64,000 nucleotides of DNA, from NCBI RefSeq assembly GCF_003918875.1, contig NW_025766359.1, positions 806,001 through 870,000 of the forward strand, in the 5' to 3' direction. Positions 27,548-41,479 of the stretch are shown here, piece by piece. The notes under the pieces are model-generated. The model was given only the letters and a program-made list of their open reading frames with translations, had not been told where the DNA came from and searched no databases. Made by a program: the position numbers and the translations under genes. The DNA is from Haliotis rubra. Its lineage: Eukaryota. Each line of letters opens with the position of its first letter. Position 1 is the first letter of the stretch.

Positions 27548-28473
27548 ACTATGCAAAACCCTTTTCGGAAATATCTTAAAACCTAAATAAGCAGACTTCC
27601 CTCAGTCATTCTAACATGCTAGACATACATGTAGCGCGGAGTAGTAGGGAAAGGGCGGACTAAATGCACTCACTGCTGCAACATGCAGAAGTCTGATCAC
27701 AACTAATGAACTGACACAATCCCTCAAACCTGCCATCACAATGATTCCTGACTTATTTTCACAAAACCACATGTTAGCCTTACTACTGATAGGATCACAT
27801 GGGTAGTATTAATGCTAAGGAGGATGATAATCGATACTACACATGATGAGCAGGATCAATACTGGCTGTACATGTACGACTGGCGTTGGGTGCAAGTGAC
27901 ACATTTGATCGTTCCGATATACTCTTGCATTACAAAAATGGGCCCGTAATTCGTTTGCCACATGATCAAAACATGCATATGGGAAGAACTTGCCTAACAT
28001 CTGCCCTCTGAAATGAACATAATTTACAGACAAACGGTTCCTAAATAATAATCACAAACTATAATGAAAAGGAGTCCACATCCAGACTGGCCACAGTTTC
28101 TAGATTTGCATGGACGTACTTGGGTCTATTTGTTTCAGGGTTTGCATTAATATTGCAGACTATGTGTTTACATATCCCTGTATCTAGCCTATTGAATTCT
28201 TTATAACGTGGCACATGTCTCACTTGGGAACAAGAGGTAAAACAGGTATTTCCTTTGTTAGTTAAATCCGTTTATCACAGTGCACACAAATCAAATAATT
28301 GCGGGATCAGCCTGATGTAATTCAAGTTGGAAAATGGACGGTTAGACACTGAGGCAAGTGATTACGGATGAAGCCATTGTCAAGCCTCTCCAGTAAGAGG
28401 ATCAGGTTGGCTTAGATTTGCCTGAGTGGACTATAGACTGACGCACTAATAGAGCTGATAATGACTTGTGAGG

Positions 28474-28767
28474 TAAGGCCATATATAACATTGTTCTTGT
28501 TTCTCATTACCGCCCGATCCAAAATTCGACCCGACCCTAAGATTTTTTTGATTTTTTAAACAAGAAAAAATAACTTTGACTCTCAAAATGTGCATGAATG
28601 TTTTACACTTCTAAGTTTTTATTTTCTATCAGAGTAAAGGTGTAAATTTCAAGAGAAGCCAAGGGGTTTGGGACATCAAATAAACTAAAATGTAAAAAGA
28701 AAATCCTCCCGACAAATATTTGTTTTAGAAATTGATGAGAAACAAGGATATTTTTTTTGTGGCCTTA
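28474..28767. mobile_element. MITE with terminal inverted repeats
   Basis: taaggcca...cttgtttctcat at the left end and atgagaaacaag...tggcctta at the right end. Confidence 0.75.
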
Positions 28768-29869
28768 CCCTGACCCATAATGACCTACAGATACTATCTC
28801 TTACTGGCGATATGAAATGTATGTCACCATTGACTTCGCCTAAACAACGACACACAGATGACTAGGACCCACATTCTGTGGTATACAAGCCAGTCCTAAC
28901 ATCAGCACATGCCTGGGGTGTGTGTACCTACATAGTAAATGTATCACGAATACCATGTAGGTGTGTATACCTTACAAGACATACTGCCAACAATGTACAT
29001 CGACTTACAGTTTGCCGCTAATGTATTCAGCGGCGAGACACTCTCAACTCCAGGCAGGCTCGTATCTAGGACGCCTTTACACGCCGTCTTTAGAACGTAC
29101 CTGACCCGGGGACGTGGCTACCCCTCACACACAGCGGTATCTCGATTGTCCCATTTCAGCTAGAATCCGCTCTCGACATGTTTCTAGATTAGTGCAATAT
29201 AATTCAAGATATTTCTTTTTTTGACATAAATACAGCCTATGCAATACAGCGTAAGGAAATTATTTCATTAAAAAGTGTCCATCTTTGAAAATGTAAATAT
29301 TTATATATGTTAAAGAGTGAGATTTGTTAGTTATATTTCACCGCAGTGACAGAAATTCGATATTTTCACTGCAGTGAAATATCACTTTGGCGGAACAGTA
29401 CTACTTCGTGGCTCAGCAAAATCTTCTGTCCAGCATCTTGTTACAATACACAATAGCTGGCAATGTAAACATATACATCTGGTTAGCAAGTCTGGGCATT
29501 GGATGACTTGCGTCCAGTGAAGAAAAGTGGGACCGATCAGCTGATCACCGAGTCATTCAGCGATCCGCACTGAGCGAGTGGGACTGTGACTGACTGTTCC
29601 TCGCTGTGTTGCGTCGACTTCACGCCTCGCTTCGTGCAAGTTTACCCCGTCCAAAACATTTAAGTTACGTGCTGTCTACATTCAAAAACTGACATTTCAT
29701 GTCCATTTCATGTGCAAGTGACGTAATTTCGCTCAGTTGACAGCGGTCATTGCCTATATTGATGCTTATTGACACAGTAAATATATGGGTTTTTTCACGA
29801 TCGCGTTATTCCCTTTCTCTCGGTCCGCCATGTTTGTTTGTCGTTATCTTTTATCGACAACTGTTGCAT

Positions 29870-30792
29870 TGATAATAAGACAAGAAGCTTTCAGTACAAC
29901 ATTCTTCAACACAAACTTTTCGTCCCAATGTACTGACTGACTGAGTTTAGTTTTACGCCGCTTTTAGCAATATTCCAGCAATATCACGGCGGGGGACACC
30001 AGAAATGGGCTTAACACATTGTGCCCATGTGGGGTATCGAACCCGGGCCTTCGGCGTGATGAGCCAACGCTTTAACCACTAGGCTACCCCACCGCCCCTC
30101 GTCCTAATATAGGGATATCTGACAGAAGTCACTGTTTTTGGTGTTTTTGCACTGAGGAACCAGAAACACTTGAACATCTTTTCTATGATTGCAGGAAAAA
30201 TCAAAATCTGACAGTTTCGAATATGGTTTGAAGAAACAACCAAGACGAAATTAATAATATCAAAATCAATTATCTTACTTGTAGACCCCAATCAAAGCAT
30301 TCTGTTAAACCATTTGTATAACATTCTCAAAAATACAGACACAAATTTGCATTCCCCAGGCTTGATTAAAAATATCAAGCAAATTTATAAATTTGAAAAA
30401 TATATTTACGGCCCTGCCAGTACCACATTAAAAAACAAATGGTCAACATTGATACCGATACTTACAGCCGAACAAATTGAAACCCCGCCCCCCTTCCCCG
30501 GCCCCTCCTTCCCCGGCCGTCTTCTTCCTCTCTCTCTCTCTCTCTCTCCTGTCTTTCTCTTCCTATTTCCACATTTTCACTTCCAGTACTTATCCTATGT
30601 TTGCTCTAATTTCTCATTATAGTATGTAAAGCAAATGTTGTACATTTCGGAGGATGTTACTTTCACATCCGTGGATAATATTTTCATATGTATGTGAGGT
30701 GGATATATAAAAAATGTATTTGGATTCACATAGAAGTAGTGTAACACCCCGCTTTATATATGTACATATGTCCTTATGCTAAGAAAAAAAAG
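29870..30792 (+). mobile_element. L1/Tx1-like LINE 3' fragment interrupted by a SINE
   Basis: SFQYNIL before the SINE and CFC.EEPETLEHLFYDC after it, then KW, a CT-rich 3'UTR and an A-rich end. Confidence 0.65.
29932..30098 (-). mobile_element. tRNA-derived SINE, family 1
   Basis: A box tagcctagtgg, B box ggttcga, tail cggcgtaaaactaaactcagtc(agtc)n; imperfect TSD tcgtcc(c/t)aat. Confidence 0.9.
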
Positions 30793-33029
30793 AAGTGGTC
30801 CATCAATAAAGCGTGTCCTTATCTCTGTACTGAGACGTCGCATCACCTCAATAAAGAAGTTCTTCATCCAGAACGTTTGTTCTTATCTGACTCTCCAACT
30901 TCTAAAAATGTCACTCAAAGAAGTTATGTCTTATATATGTGCCTGAACAGTAAAGTGAACAGTCTTTAGTTTACAGTTGGGAGAATTTGAATTTCGTCAA
31001 TCGAAGTTTCTCGGGATAATAATGCTTAGATTTAATCAAACAAACTTGAAAGCATATAATAAATAGCCTGTTTAATGTTTCTTGTGAAATTTGATGTTTT
31101 ACTTGGAGCCAGAAACTGCCACTTGGAATGTTGATGTTAGCGTGTTGCGAGGATGAAAAGTGACAAGAAATTTGCATTATTATGCTTCGGAGGACTATTT
31201 CATGCGGTGCCTTGTATCTAGATCAACCGTGCCTGTACTTGTGATATCGACTCAAAAAGAACGTGTGCCGTAGTTGACACTCTTGAACTATTGCAAACGT
31301 TTCGTGTTGTTCATTACTTCACCGAGTGTGTTTTGGTTGTGGTTGTCATGAGTGAATTCTTAACATAGGAATAATCACATAGTAGCTCCGAGCTGGAAGT
31401 AGGTGTTTAACGAAAGTATCATCATGTTTATCAGTTAGAAATGACCTCTTCATCTGTTCATCAATGGATCATCGCGAGATGATCGATCTCACAATGGACA
31501 GGCACTGACAATATCGTGTCAGATATGTTTGCAAGACGATACATGACACTTGTCGCATCTCTGCAGTAACACTACCAGTTTTGTACGTTTTGTATTTTCA
31601 AAAGGAACCACGGCTTTTATCTCTTATACATAATTCGGATAATGGTTTTAAGAGATATCGTTGATTGCTCAAGCCATTTTGAATTCATGACTAGAAAGTT
31701 GCAAACGATAAAGGGATTTAGAAAGAAAACAAGATTCGTGTTATATTTACTTGACGTGTCTTTTATTGCATATATACCTGTTTACGTTACAATAGCGAAA
31801 ATAGCAGATCAGTATATAGAGATGTTTGGCACCAGTAAAAGGTTTGCGTTCGATTGAAGAACTAGAACCTGAGTAACACGTCAATGAATCAGGAAATCAG
31901 TCCATCATAATCTGACCCTAGGTCATCACTGTGGAGTAGCCAGTCACAGGCTTGGGGTTCTCAACCACAGGTGTGTAAGACAAATCACATTTCACTTGTC
32001 ACATGAAATATCCTCTATCCATTTAAACATTGTATTCACATTGCAAGCCACCAATGTGATGTCAAAACAGCGCCGCGTCACAGTGTTTGTGACATTACAT
32101 TGTGACGTCATTATATATTTACGCGTCAGTACAGTTTGTTACGGTAACTGTTATCTTTCGATCCCTGAATGCCAAGGGAAATTCATCTTGTGCCGTATTT
32201 TTGTTGTTTTACGGACGCACACACCAATACACACGCACCGATCTTGTGACCAATAAAGGTATTTCACGAATTCATATTCGAAATTAAAAATATTGCACTC
32301 ATGATGATCAAAACGGCATGTGTGATACATCATCTAGTATATGTAGTCTTCTCGTAAACAGTTCAGGCTCAGTCACGTAAGAAGTACATTCAAAATCAAA
32401 CTGGCGACCACAATACCGTAAAACTACATAATCCAAGGTCCACGCACAAATTACACCTCTCATCCCGTTTACAATTAATGGCACAAAATGACCAGACAGC
32501 TGCCATCAGAATAGCATTAAACTTCGGACGGAGTGAATTTACATCCTTTGAGACAGTATCTTTGGTTTCAGCATTGTAATGCTACTTTTGATTTCCCTGT
32601 GATAACAATCAGAAATATTGTCTGAAATTGCATTCAACTATTCCACCCACCCTCCAACTCATTTTCAGTTGCAACAGTATTTCCATCACCATTTCCATTA
32701 CCAGATTGCTCGTTGTAATGTTAGCACAGTTGCATCACTGTCGTTAACGTTACAGTGTTAAAAAGCAGAATATACGGAAAGCATTTCATAGCTGATTCTA
32801 GCTGGACCATATGTCATTTTTTTTAAACAATGAACTAACAAAAAATCAGAGAGACAAATGCTGTCCTGAGATATTTGGATTGTTGATTCAAAATATATAA
32901 AAATGATTTGGAAGGAAAACACAATAATCATCCACTCTGTAATCTGAATAAATAACAAAGTCATATTCCCTCAGTTTAACATCTCGACACGAAATGTACA
33001 TGTCCTCGATGGTTAAGTAATAGCTGTGA

Positions 33030-36000
33030 CTATTGTACAACACCAGCTTCTATCAACTGCTTTAGCTGCATGTCGGAATATCCCAGAATCCCCTGCAGCA
33101 CTTCCTGTGTGTGTTGTCCGAGGGTTGGAAGGGGACGGGGCACCACAGTCTGGGACAAACTGTATCTCACGGCTGGTCCTGTCAGTGCGAAAGAGAGTAT
33201 TTGGTGTCTCCATTATGCATATACCTTGTAACCGTAGTAATACCACCATTTGTTTGGAGATGAGCGTTTTAGTGTCTGAGCGAATATCTCAGTTAGTCCA
33301 CGAGATAAAATAGCACACAATGACATATTTGATTATATGAACCTATGAATGTGGTACTATACCCGGATTAGGTAAGCAGGGGAACTAGTGCACTCATCCA
33401 GTAAGGACAGGCTTACCCGGAAGTCTGATTGTTCCTGCTGTGGGGTGCTGCACCTCCTGGATCATCCCATTGTTGACCACCTGCACAGAGAGTAGTGTTA
33501 TATATATAGCAGCAAACCATGACACTGACCCTCATTTGTAATGCCATCCCATCCAAACTGCTAAACATTTCAGAAGAAAAAATATTATTGTACAGAGTAA
33601 TGGCAATTATACATCTACGATTGATCAGTTCTGGTGCTCCGAGCATATAAGAAAGTATGAAACTAATTTATTTTTCGACATTGTCTATTTCCACATTCAT
33701 ATGCTGTTGGGGATATTTCCACTTCCATGAAAGTACTTCAATCGTTCTCCACAGTTCCTAGGACGTCATCGTTCTCATCGACTTTTGTTTGGACTAGAGT
33801 TTTTCCATGTTTGGGACTAGATCGTTTGACGGAGATTGAGGTGGGTGCTGAAGGCGTTCAAAGAAATACAAGTGTATCATATGCAACGATTTGTATAGTG
33901 GTGCATATGTCAGATGGACGAGAACACCTTTTTTCATCGTTCCATGCTTCTTAGTCCTTATGTGATCCCGTAATTACTTCAAAATACATCAATGTCTCCT
34001 GTATTTGTTTAGAACGAAACGCTTTGTTCAAATGTCCTTCTGACAAGATTTCACTATTTTTCTCACCTTCGGCGAGGCTCAGAACTTATGACAACATCCC
34101 CGTAAACAGATGTGTGATGACATGTTTATGCTTTTACCTGAGGATCGGAGAAGACTTCCTGCATGTTGTTGACAGGACCGTATGGTATTCCCGACCCCTC
34201 GAGCACCTGCATCCACTGTGAGGAGGTCTTTGTCTCAAACCTAGGTAACAATACACCAGAAACGTTAACACCGTATAGTTCATGTCAGTGGAACCTTGCA
34301 TCACTAAGGGAGACAACTCGAGACAGGTAATTATTGTGAATTAACTACCATACGTCCATTTTCCCCGATTCCCTGGAATCATCTCCATACAACTTGTTCT
34401 CTGGTTAATACACCCCATTCTCGGCTTGTGGTGGACACCACACGCCTGTGCTGTTCAGGATCAGAGAATAGTGTGCCTGACGAATTAGTTAATCTTTTAG
34501 TTCAGGCTGTTTGAAAAAGGAAACTCGGAGCAAACTCATGGTTTAGTAAGTAATTAGTTTAGTTTAGTTTCCCGTAAAGATAATGAATGAAGTGACAGCG
34601 AAGTACCTACAATGAAGAAAGTAGACAGGTAAAAGCACTCTGTCAATGTGTTGGCCTTTAACCCATGCATTCCTAGCCTACCACGCCACCTTTCTGGGTA
34701 TCTCAGTGGGCTAGCACTATAAAACCAGCTTAAGTCTGGGCTAGTACAAGAAGCCGCACATACACATACACACGCATGCACGTCGTCATATGAGCGAAAT
34801 ATTCTCACGCACGTAGTAAAACCCAATTTCATCTCACCTCACCTCACCTCTGGACTCCACACATTTACCTGTTTGCTAGCAAGGGCAGCAATATGTCTCT
34901 GTTTGCTACTCTCACTTGGTTTTGTTGGAACCTTTCATCTTCCAACAGCTCTGGTAGGTCCATCCTCTGCAAGAGATATCTGATATGTCACCCGTTGAAG
35001 CTTTTTTTAAGTCACTTGCCTCAAAATAAAGTCACCCAAATTCACTGATTTATGTCCTCTACATCATCCACACTCATTATGTCCCTAGTAGCTGACCAGG
35101 TAACAAACTATGAAACCGGATTTCTGATAAACATGAGCACGACAATGTACAACAACGGTCTGTGTTCTTAGCAAGGCCCAGCAGACACTCTTGGTTACAA
35201 GAGTCATCTAATGCGCACAGCCTCATGATTTGCCGGTCGTTGGGCTGACTCTTTGGGCTGACAATAGTAATATATCTAAAGGTATTGCCGTTGCTTTGAC
35301 CAAGGTGCTAAGAGTTTACGAATTGTATCATTTGAGATGACCCAAACCATCTGACCACAGCTCACCTTACACAGAAGCCGAAACTGTTTGTCGTTTCCTG
35401 CTCCCACCAGCATATATCCCCCGTCTTTGGTCTTGAAAGCCTGTAATTGCATCATCAAAGACGTTGACAGAAACATCAGCTCAACAAGTAACTGAAACAT
35501 CAACTTGACACTGAAACATCCTGAAAACGAGTCCCTGAAACATCTGAACAAACAGTCCTGACACACCAATACAACTAGACACTGAAACGCCAGTACAACC
35601 AGACACTGACACATCAGAACAACTATCCCTGAAATACCAATACAACCAATCCTAAAACGCCAGTACAACCAACTTGTCAATGTTCAAAAGATCAGTTCAA
35701 CCAGTCACTGAACCATCAGAAGAACGTACAAGAGCATACATTTCAATCATTATGGAACAGCCAAACCAATCCTCTTTTAAACATTGCCCTCATCTGCAAT
35801 TGCATTGATTGATTGGAGTGTGTTAGTCGCTCCACAAAACTAATGTATGAGGTAGCACTCACCTGGTACGGTACAATGCTCTCATGTCCTGTTCCATGCC
35901 GTTTCCCCTCCATCCCAGCATTCAGATAGTTTGAGGCAATGTTCACAAGTGAGGCCACCTACGTGTAAGTGCAGGGACATGTTGTAGCTGACAAAGAACA

Positions 36001-38473
36001 CTTACAATAAAACAAGCATGAAGACTCAATGTGATCCTTCTGAATAGCCACAGTAACTTGATTGTATTTAATGGTATGGACTTTTATGGAGAAGGTTACT
36101 GTTCTTAACCTATGAAAAACGGGTACAACTTTCTTCTGCCACTGATTGTGCATATTTTAAAATACACAACGCATTATGAGAAATGAAAACACCATTAACA
36201 GTCCCTGGACATTTGGTTCAAATTATTCAAATGTTAGTTAGGTAATGATGTGTATCAATCTGGCAGGAACTGTCTATCCTAATTACGACGAGACATGATT
36301 TTCACGAAGAAAAATTAGATTGTCTTTTGATTGTCATATTGTCATTGTTAATTCTGCATGGATACGAGGACGGGTATTTTCTGATGCGGAAATGAATGTA
36401 AACGGTATGCCTGAGTGGAGAGGAGGTTACAGTCGATGTGTTGACCACACCCAGTCTGCTGACGGTGATGTAGTGCAACCATGGTGGCACCAAATGCGTA
36501 CAATCCTGTTGACAAGTCCGTCATTGCCACGCCCACCCTGCATGGGTCCCCGTCACGTGGTCCTGTGATATTCATCAGACCTCCTACACCTGAAGCGATG
36601 GCGTCGTAGCCAGCTCGGGACCTGTATGGTCCTGTCTGACCATATCCTGGAATCATGAAGACGTCTAGCAATATTGAAACCCAATCCTGGAACCATGGAT
36701 ATCTACAATGATAATTTACCCAACCCTGAATCTGACCTTGGCTCAATGAATTTGTCAATCAATACTTTACCCTGACCCAATCCCAAACAGATGTCAAAGA
36801 ATGATCATTTGTGTCAACACTGGTTCTCTGGTGGAACCATTGATGGAGATATCTGAAAGCGCAAAGGTTATTTAATATGCTCTAATGAGGTCAACTTAGT
36901 GGCAAAGATGTGTCGTCTTCGTTTTATAATTAATATGTTCAACACATTTCAGTTTGTTCGGTGTACATACAATATAGAATTGACTCTTTATCTAACCTCA
37001 TCTAGTCAGCAAAACACAGGTCCTGTTTAAACTAGTTCTATAAACGTCTTACCTGAGATTGAGCAGTATACCAGCCGAGGGACGAGAGCTTTCATGTCAT
37101 CATATCCAAGACCCATCTCCCCAAGCTTTCCTGGCAGGTAATTCTCAATCAGCACATCACAGGAACCGGCTAACTGTTTGACAATCTTAACACCTTTCGG
37201 TTTCTTCAAATCTACTGCTATACTCTGAAAACACAGAGAAGAGGCGTTAGAACAGACAATCTCAGCACCGTTCGGTTTCTTCAAGTCTACTGCTATACTC
37301 TGAAACACAGAGAAGAGGGGCTAGAAGAGACTCTAACCTTTTTGTTTCTGTTAACAGAAAGGAAGTATGCACTTTCTGTGCCCTTGAAGGGAGGTCCCCA
37401 GCTCCTCGTATCATCACCTGCACCTGTAACAATTGGTAGTCAATAAGGGTCATGTCGGGTTGGGAGGGAAGGAGGGGGATGTCACTTAGTTCAAGGGGCC
37501 ACGATGGAACACATAGGAGGAGTGTGTTAGTTGGTGATAATGCATTTGTGTGTTGGATAAGGCTGTTGAGCGGGATGGAAGTCGGCGTAGAGGTCAGGTG
37601 TCCAAGTGAACACAGAAAATCTTGCGTACAAATCAAAGTAAGAACAAGTTGTGGCATTTTATTGAGCATGGCTGGAGAGTGAGTGAGTGGGTAATATTCA
37701 AGCAATATCACGGTGGGGAACACCAGAAAAGGGAAAGGAGCTTCACACATTGTACCCATGCGGGGAATCGATCCTGGGTTTTCGGCGTGAAGAGCGAACT
37801 CTTTACCCACTAAGCTACTCGACCGCACCCATGGCTGGAGACCTATAAGGAGATGTATATGTGAATGCCAACACTCACCTGGTCGTTCAACTTTGATCAC
37901 ATCTGCTCCTAGGTCGGCGAACAACATGGAACAGTACGGTCCTGCTAGAACCCTGAAACAAGGTAGAGAACATGAGCACATCACACACAGCGGTTATGAC
38001 CGGTAAGAAGGGGATAGACAGCAACCGGTACCACTCATGCACTATGGCAATGTTAGAATACTGTCATCAGTGTGCGGTCCTCTCATGACGTGCAAATTTC
38101 AGTTTGGCATACCTAGAACATCAAAAAGTACCAAACATCCCAAACATCACACAGTACGACCTTGCTTGAACATCAAACAATGTGACACTGTCGGGACACC
38201 ACAGAGAACGAATAGTTCAGAACACAGAATAGCATGACCCTGGTAGAGCAATACACAGTACGACCCTACAAATACATAGAACAATATGACCCTGCAGAAC
38301 ACGAAACAGAACGGCCCTGACAGAACATCAACATATATTATATAGGAAATGTTCGAAAAAGACTCTGCATAGACATCTCATGCTCATTTACCTGGTAAGA
38401 TCTAGAATTCGTATTCCTTCCAGTGGACTTCGTTCCGACTGCTGTGATGAAGTCGTTAGGAATTTTCTTGTAA
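33030..38473 (-). CDS. SUGCT: Succinate--hydroxymethylglutarate CoA-transferase (class III CaiB/BaiF CoA-transferase), copy 1; N-terminal exon not resolved
   Basis: Exons 38473-38392, 37952-37879, 37423-37338, 37224-37053, 36646-36411, 35958-35863, 35440-35366, 34966-34869, 34240-34138, 33480-33417, 33178-33030 join in frame. Motifs [56 protein letters not shown] (catalytic Asp), LGQHT. The donor at 36410 is GC. Confidence 0.9.
34698..34849 (+). mobile_element. 5'-truncated family 2 SINE
   Basis: 3' half with (CACCT)n tail; TSD tctgg; empty site at ~47762 in copy 2. Confidence 0.85.
35485..35680. repeat. Degenerate ~24-bp intronic tandem repeat
   Basis: ctgaaacgccagtacaacc-like units; shorter array at 48370-48470. 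Confidence 0.65.
37677..37829 (-). mobile_element. tRNA-derived SINE, family 1
   Basis: Same body; TSD catggctggag; absent from the paralogous SUGCT copy 2 intron. Confidence 0.85.
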
Positions 38474-39919
38474 CTGAAGAAACAGGATTTTCACAGCATC
38501 AGTTGAACACACACCAAGAGGGAAAGGAAGAACGTGGATACTAATGTGCATGGAAGGCTCCATGAACAGGTTAAGCTGACAATACCTTTCTCAAGTGTAG
38601 AAAATTAGAAACATAAAATAGAGTGTCTTGGGTTTATTGTAACAGTGATCGATACAGCCACCAGTATCCGTTTATCATTATAACAAAGAGGTATTTACTT
38701 TATATTATACATGCAGTCGATTGTTGTTGAGGAATATTTTCGTTAGGCCTGAAGTTTCCATGAATGGGTTAAGCTTTCTTGTCTACATAGTCTGTTTCCC
38801 TCAGAAAGAAATATAATAATGTTGTCACGATGACCAAAATCATATAACTACTCCAGAAATATACAAATACATATATAATATAAAATCGAATGTCTTGGGT
38901 TGATGGTAACAGTGACCGATACAGCCATCAGTATATCATTATAACACACAGGTATTTTCTTTCCAAACCATGCTCGCATGCAACTCAAATAGAAGCTAAT
39001 GAAATGCTACGACACAGAATTCCATTTCCCTGCATAAACTGTTCCTAAATTACCACCTACAACCTTGACCTTTCTGAAATGCTTTAGTGGCATTTGACAA
39101 ATATAATCCCCAATTCATGCTTACGACTGTAACAAACATACTAATTTATCTCGTAATTCAAAACTTTTGATCATGACGATCGTATTCCATCTTACTTTGT
39201 GTGGCCTATTTAAAATGTCCATTCTCACTCTGCACAATCTATTCCGTATATCATCGACAGACACTTATTTTATGAGCGCATCCTTAACCAGGAGTTATCT
39301 GCCCTCCTTCCCCCACATACCGTGATCACACAACACAGTTTATCTAGACACTAAAACCCGTCACACAGACAGCAGTGTTACATCCAGACGTTACGATAAG
39401 TGCCTACCCAAACTACATCTGCCTCCGTTGTGTCGATGCAGTAACCGAACACAGCATCCACTAACGACATGTACGACCCTTCCGCACTGTGACCCCGTCA
39501 TGATTATATGAGGCTGTTTCAATCAGTTACCTCCCTTAGAAAACAAACACAGTCGAGGACTTTCAACTGTCAACTGTGTTATTACACATGTTCATAAGTC
39601 ACTTACTTCAGGTTTTGTTCGTGAAGCATAGTAATCGAGTTGTTCATGAACCATTGTAATCGAATTGTTTATGAATCAATGTAATGTTTAAGAATGGTTG
39701 CATACTCAGAAAACGCTGTAATCGAGGTATTTATGAAGATCTGAAACTGTGTTGCGTATAAAGCACTGTTCTCGGCTTGTTTCAAGACCTTCTCGAGGTC
39801 AAAATATTGTTTTGCGATATATGATGTAGAATGAAAGAATACCAATAGGCAAAACAAAAAAAGAACCTGATAAATTATTTGTAATGCTGTGTAAGGGCCA
39901 AAACATACAAAGCATAACC

Positions 39920-40913
39920 TATGGTGGCTCATTCGGGCCATCGCTTTATCGCCCTGAAAAATCTAGGCGATATCGCGACAAAGCGATAGCACGACACGAT
40001 ATTGCGATATGGCGACACGATATAGCGATATTGCGATACAGCCCAAAAACGAAATAGCGATAACACGACACGATATGGCGATAGCAAGACACGATATGGC
40101 GATAGCAAGACACGACATTGCGATAACACGACACGAAATGGCGATAACACGACACGAAATGGCGATGATGACACGATTTATGTCAAGTACTGTGCCCTTA
40201 ATATCAAATTTTGTTTTAAGTTCTGCAAATGAGAGTACCTCTTGGTCATTGAAAATGTCTTTAATATTAACAATTCCTTGTTTGAACCAGTTATTGATTA
40301 TCAAATATGTGTTGCAAAACTGGTGATTTAACCAGAGAGGTTGCATAACAATGTCGTTTATGTTGATATGATTCACTACATATCCCTTTATATATCTATG
40401 CCAGGCATCTTTATCTCACATACTTCCCGCTATCTTATTATTGAATCCTGAGAATGAATCAACTTACCCGCTTTTCTACATATCGCCATATCGCTGTATC
40501 GTCATATCGCCATATCGCAATGTCGCTGTATCGCAATATCGCGTCGCCATATCGCAATATCGCCTTTTCGCGTTATCGCTTTATCGCAATGTCGCCTCTT
40601 TTTATCGCCATTTCGTGTCGTGTTATCGCCATTTCGTGTCGTGTTATCGCCATTTCGTGTCGTGTTATCGCCATTTCGTGTCGTGTTATCGCAATGTCGT
40701 GTCGAGTTGTTGCCATTTCGTGTCTTGTTATCGCTATATCGTGTCTTGTTATCGTCATGTCGTGTCATGTTATCGCTATTTCGTCTTTGGCTATATCGCA
40801 ATATCGCTATATCGTGTCGCCATATCGCAATATCGTGTCGTACTATCGCTTTGTCGCGATATCGCCTAGATTTCTTCAGGGCGATAAAGCGATGGCCCGA
40901 ATGAGCCACCATA
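39920..40913. mobile_element. Foldback-type DNA transposon with modular long TIRs
   Basis: tatggtggctcattcgggccatcgctttatcgccctg at the left end and its reverse complement at the right. Arms are built of ~21-bp units (cgataacacgacacgaaatgg). TA at both ends. Confidence 0.9.
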
Positions 40914-41479
40914 ATAACCAGATGATTCAAAGAATATCACATATCTTCTCACACAGGGCAATGTCGGTTTGCAATGTTTGGGCGAGGGATGATATTTTAC
41001 GTGCGACTCAAGTATTTGATACTGGCATTTTGAACAAAGTTTGCTGAAGACATACTCGTTTATTTACAGACGTCTCGATTATTTACACACCGCCGCCACT
41101 CTGCACGTATCACACGACAAAATCCAGTTGTGAGTCTAACCAGCGAAGGTGTAGCCAAGGTGACTGGTGTAAAGTTACTCTTATTGACACGTACTGTGTA
41201 TCAAACTGCACATCGGTACAAGGTCTCGACAGTGTGTACTATGACGAACTGTAATCTGTTTTGGAACTATATGATATTCTCTCTGAAGAATATCTTTTCT
41301 ATTCATGGTATTTATATAAAACCCAGGGCTAGGTGCCTAGCTGCATAGCGACTGCATAGCGAAGGTCACTGGATATGTCATTGACACTAGCAATCCCTTT
41401 AACACCTACCATACCAGATCACCTACCATTACTTGTCTGTATACTTCTCCCAGTACACGTTAATGTTGCTGAGTGCGGC

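Noticed and set aside
39929-41047. Repetitive ORFs (AISCRV.., SCYRHFV..)
   Set aside because: Artefacts of 21-bp repeat arms open in several frames on both strands.
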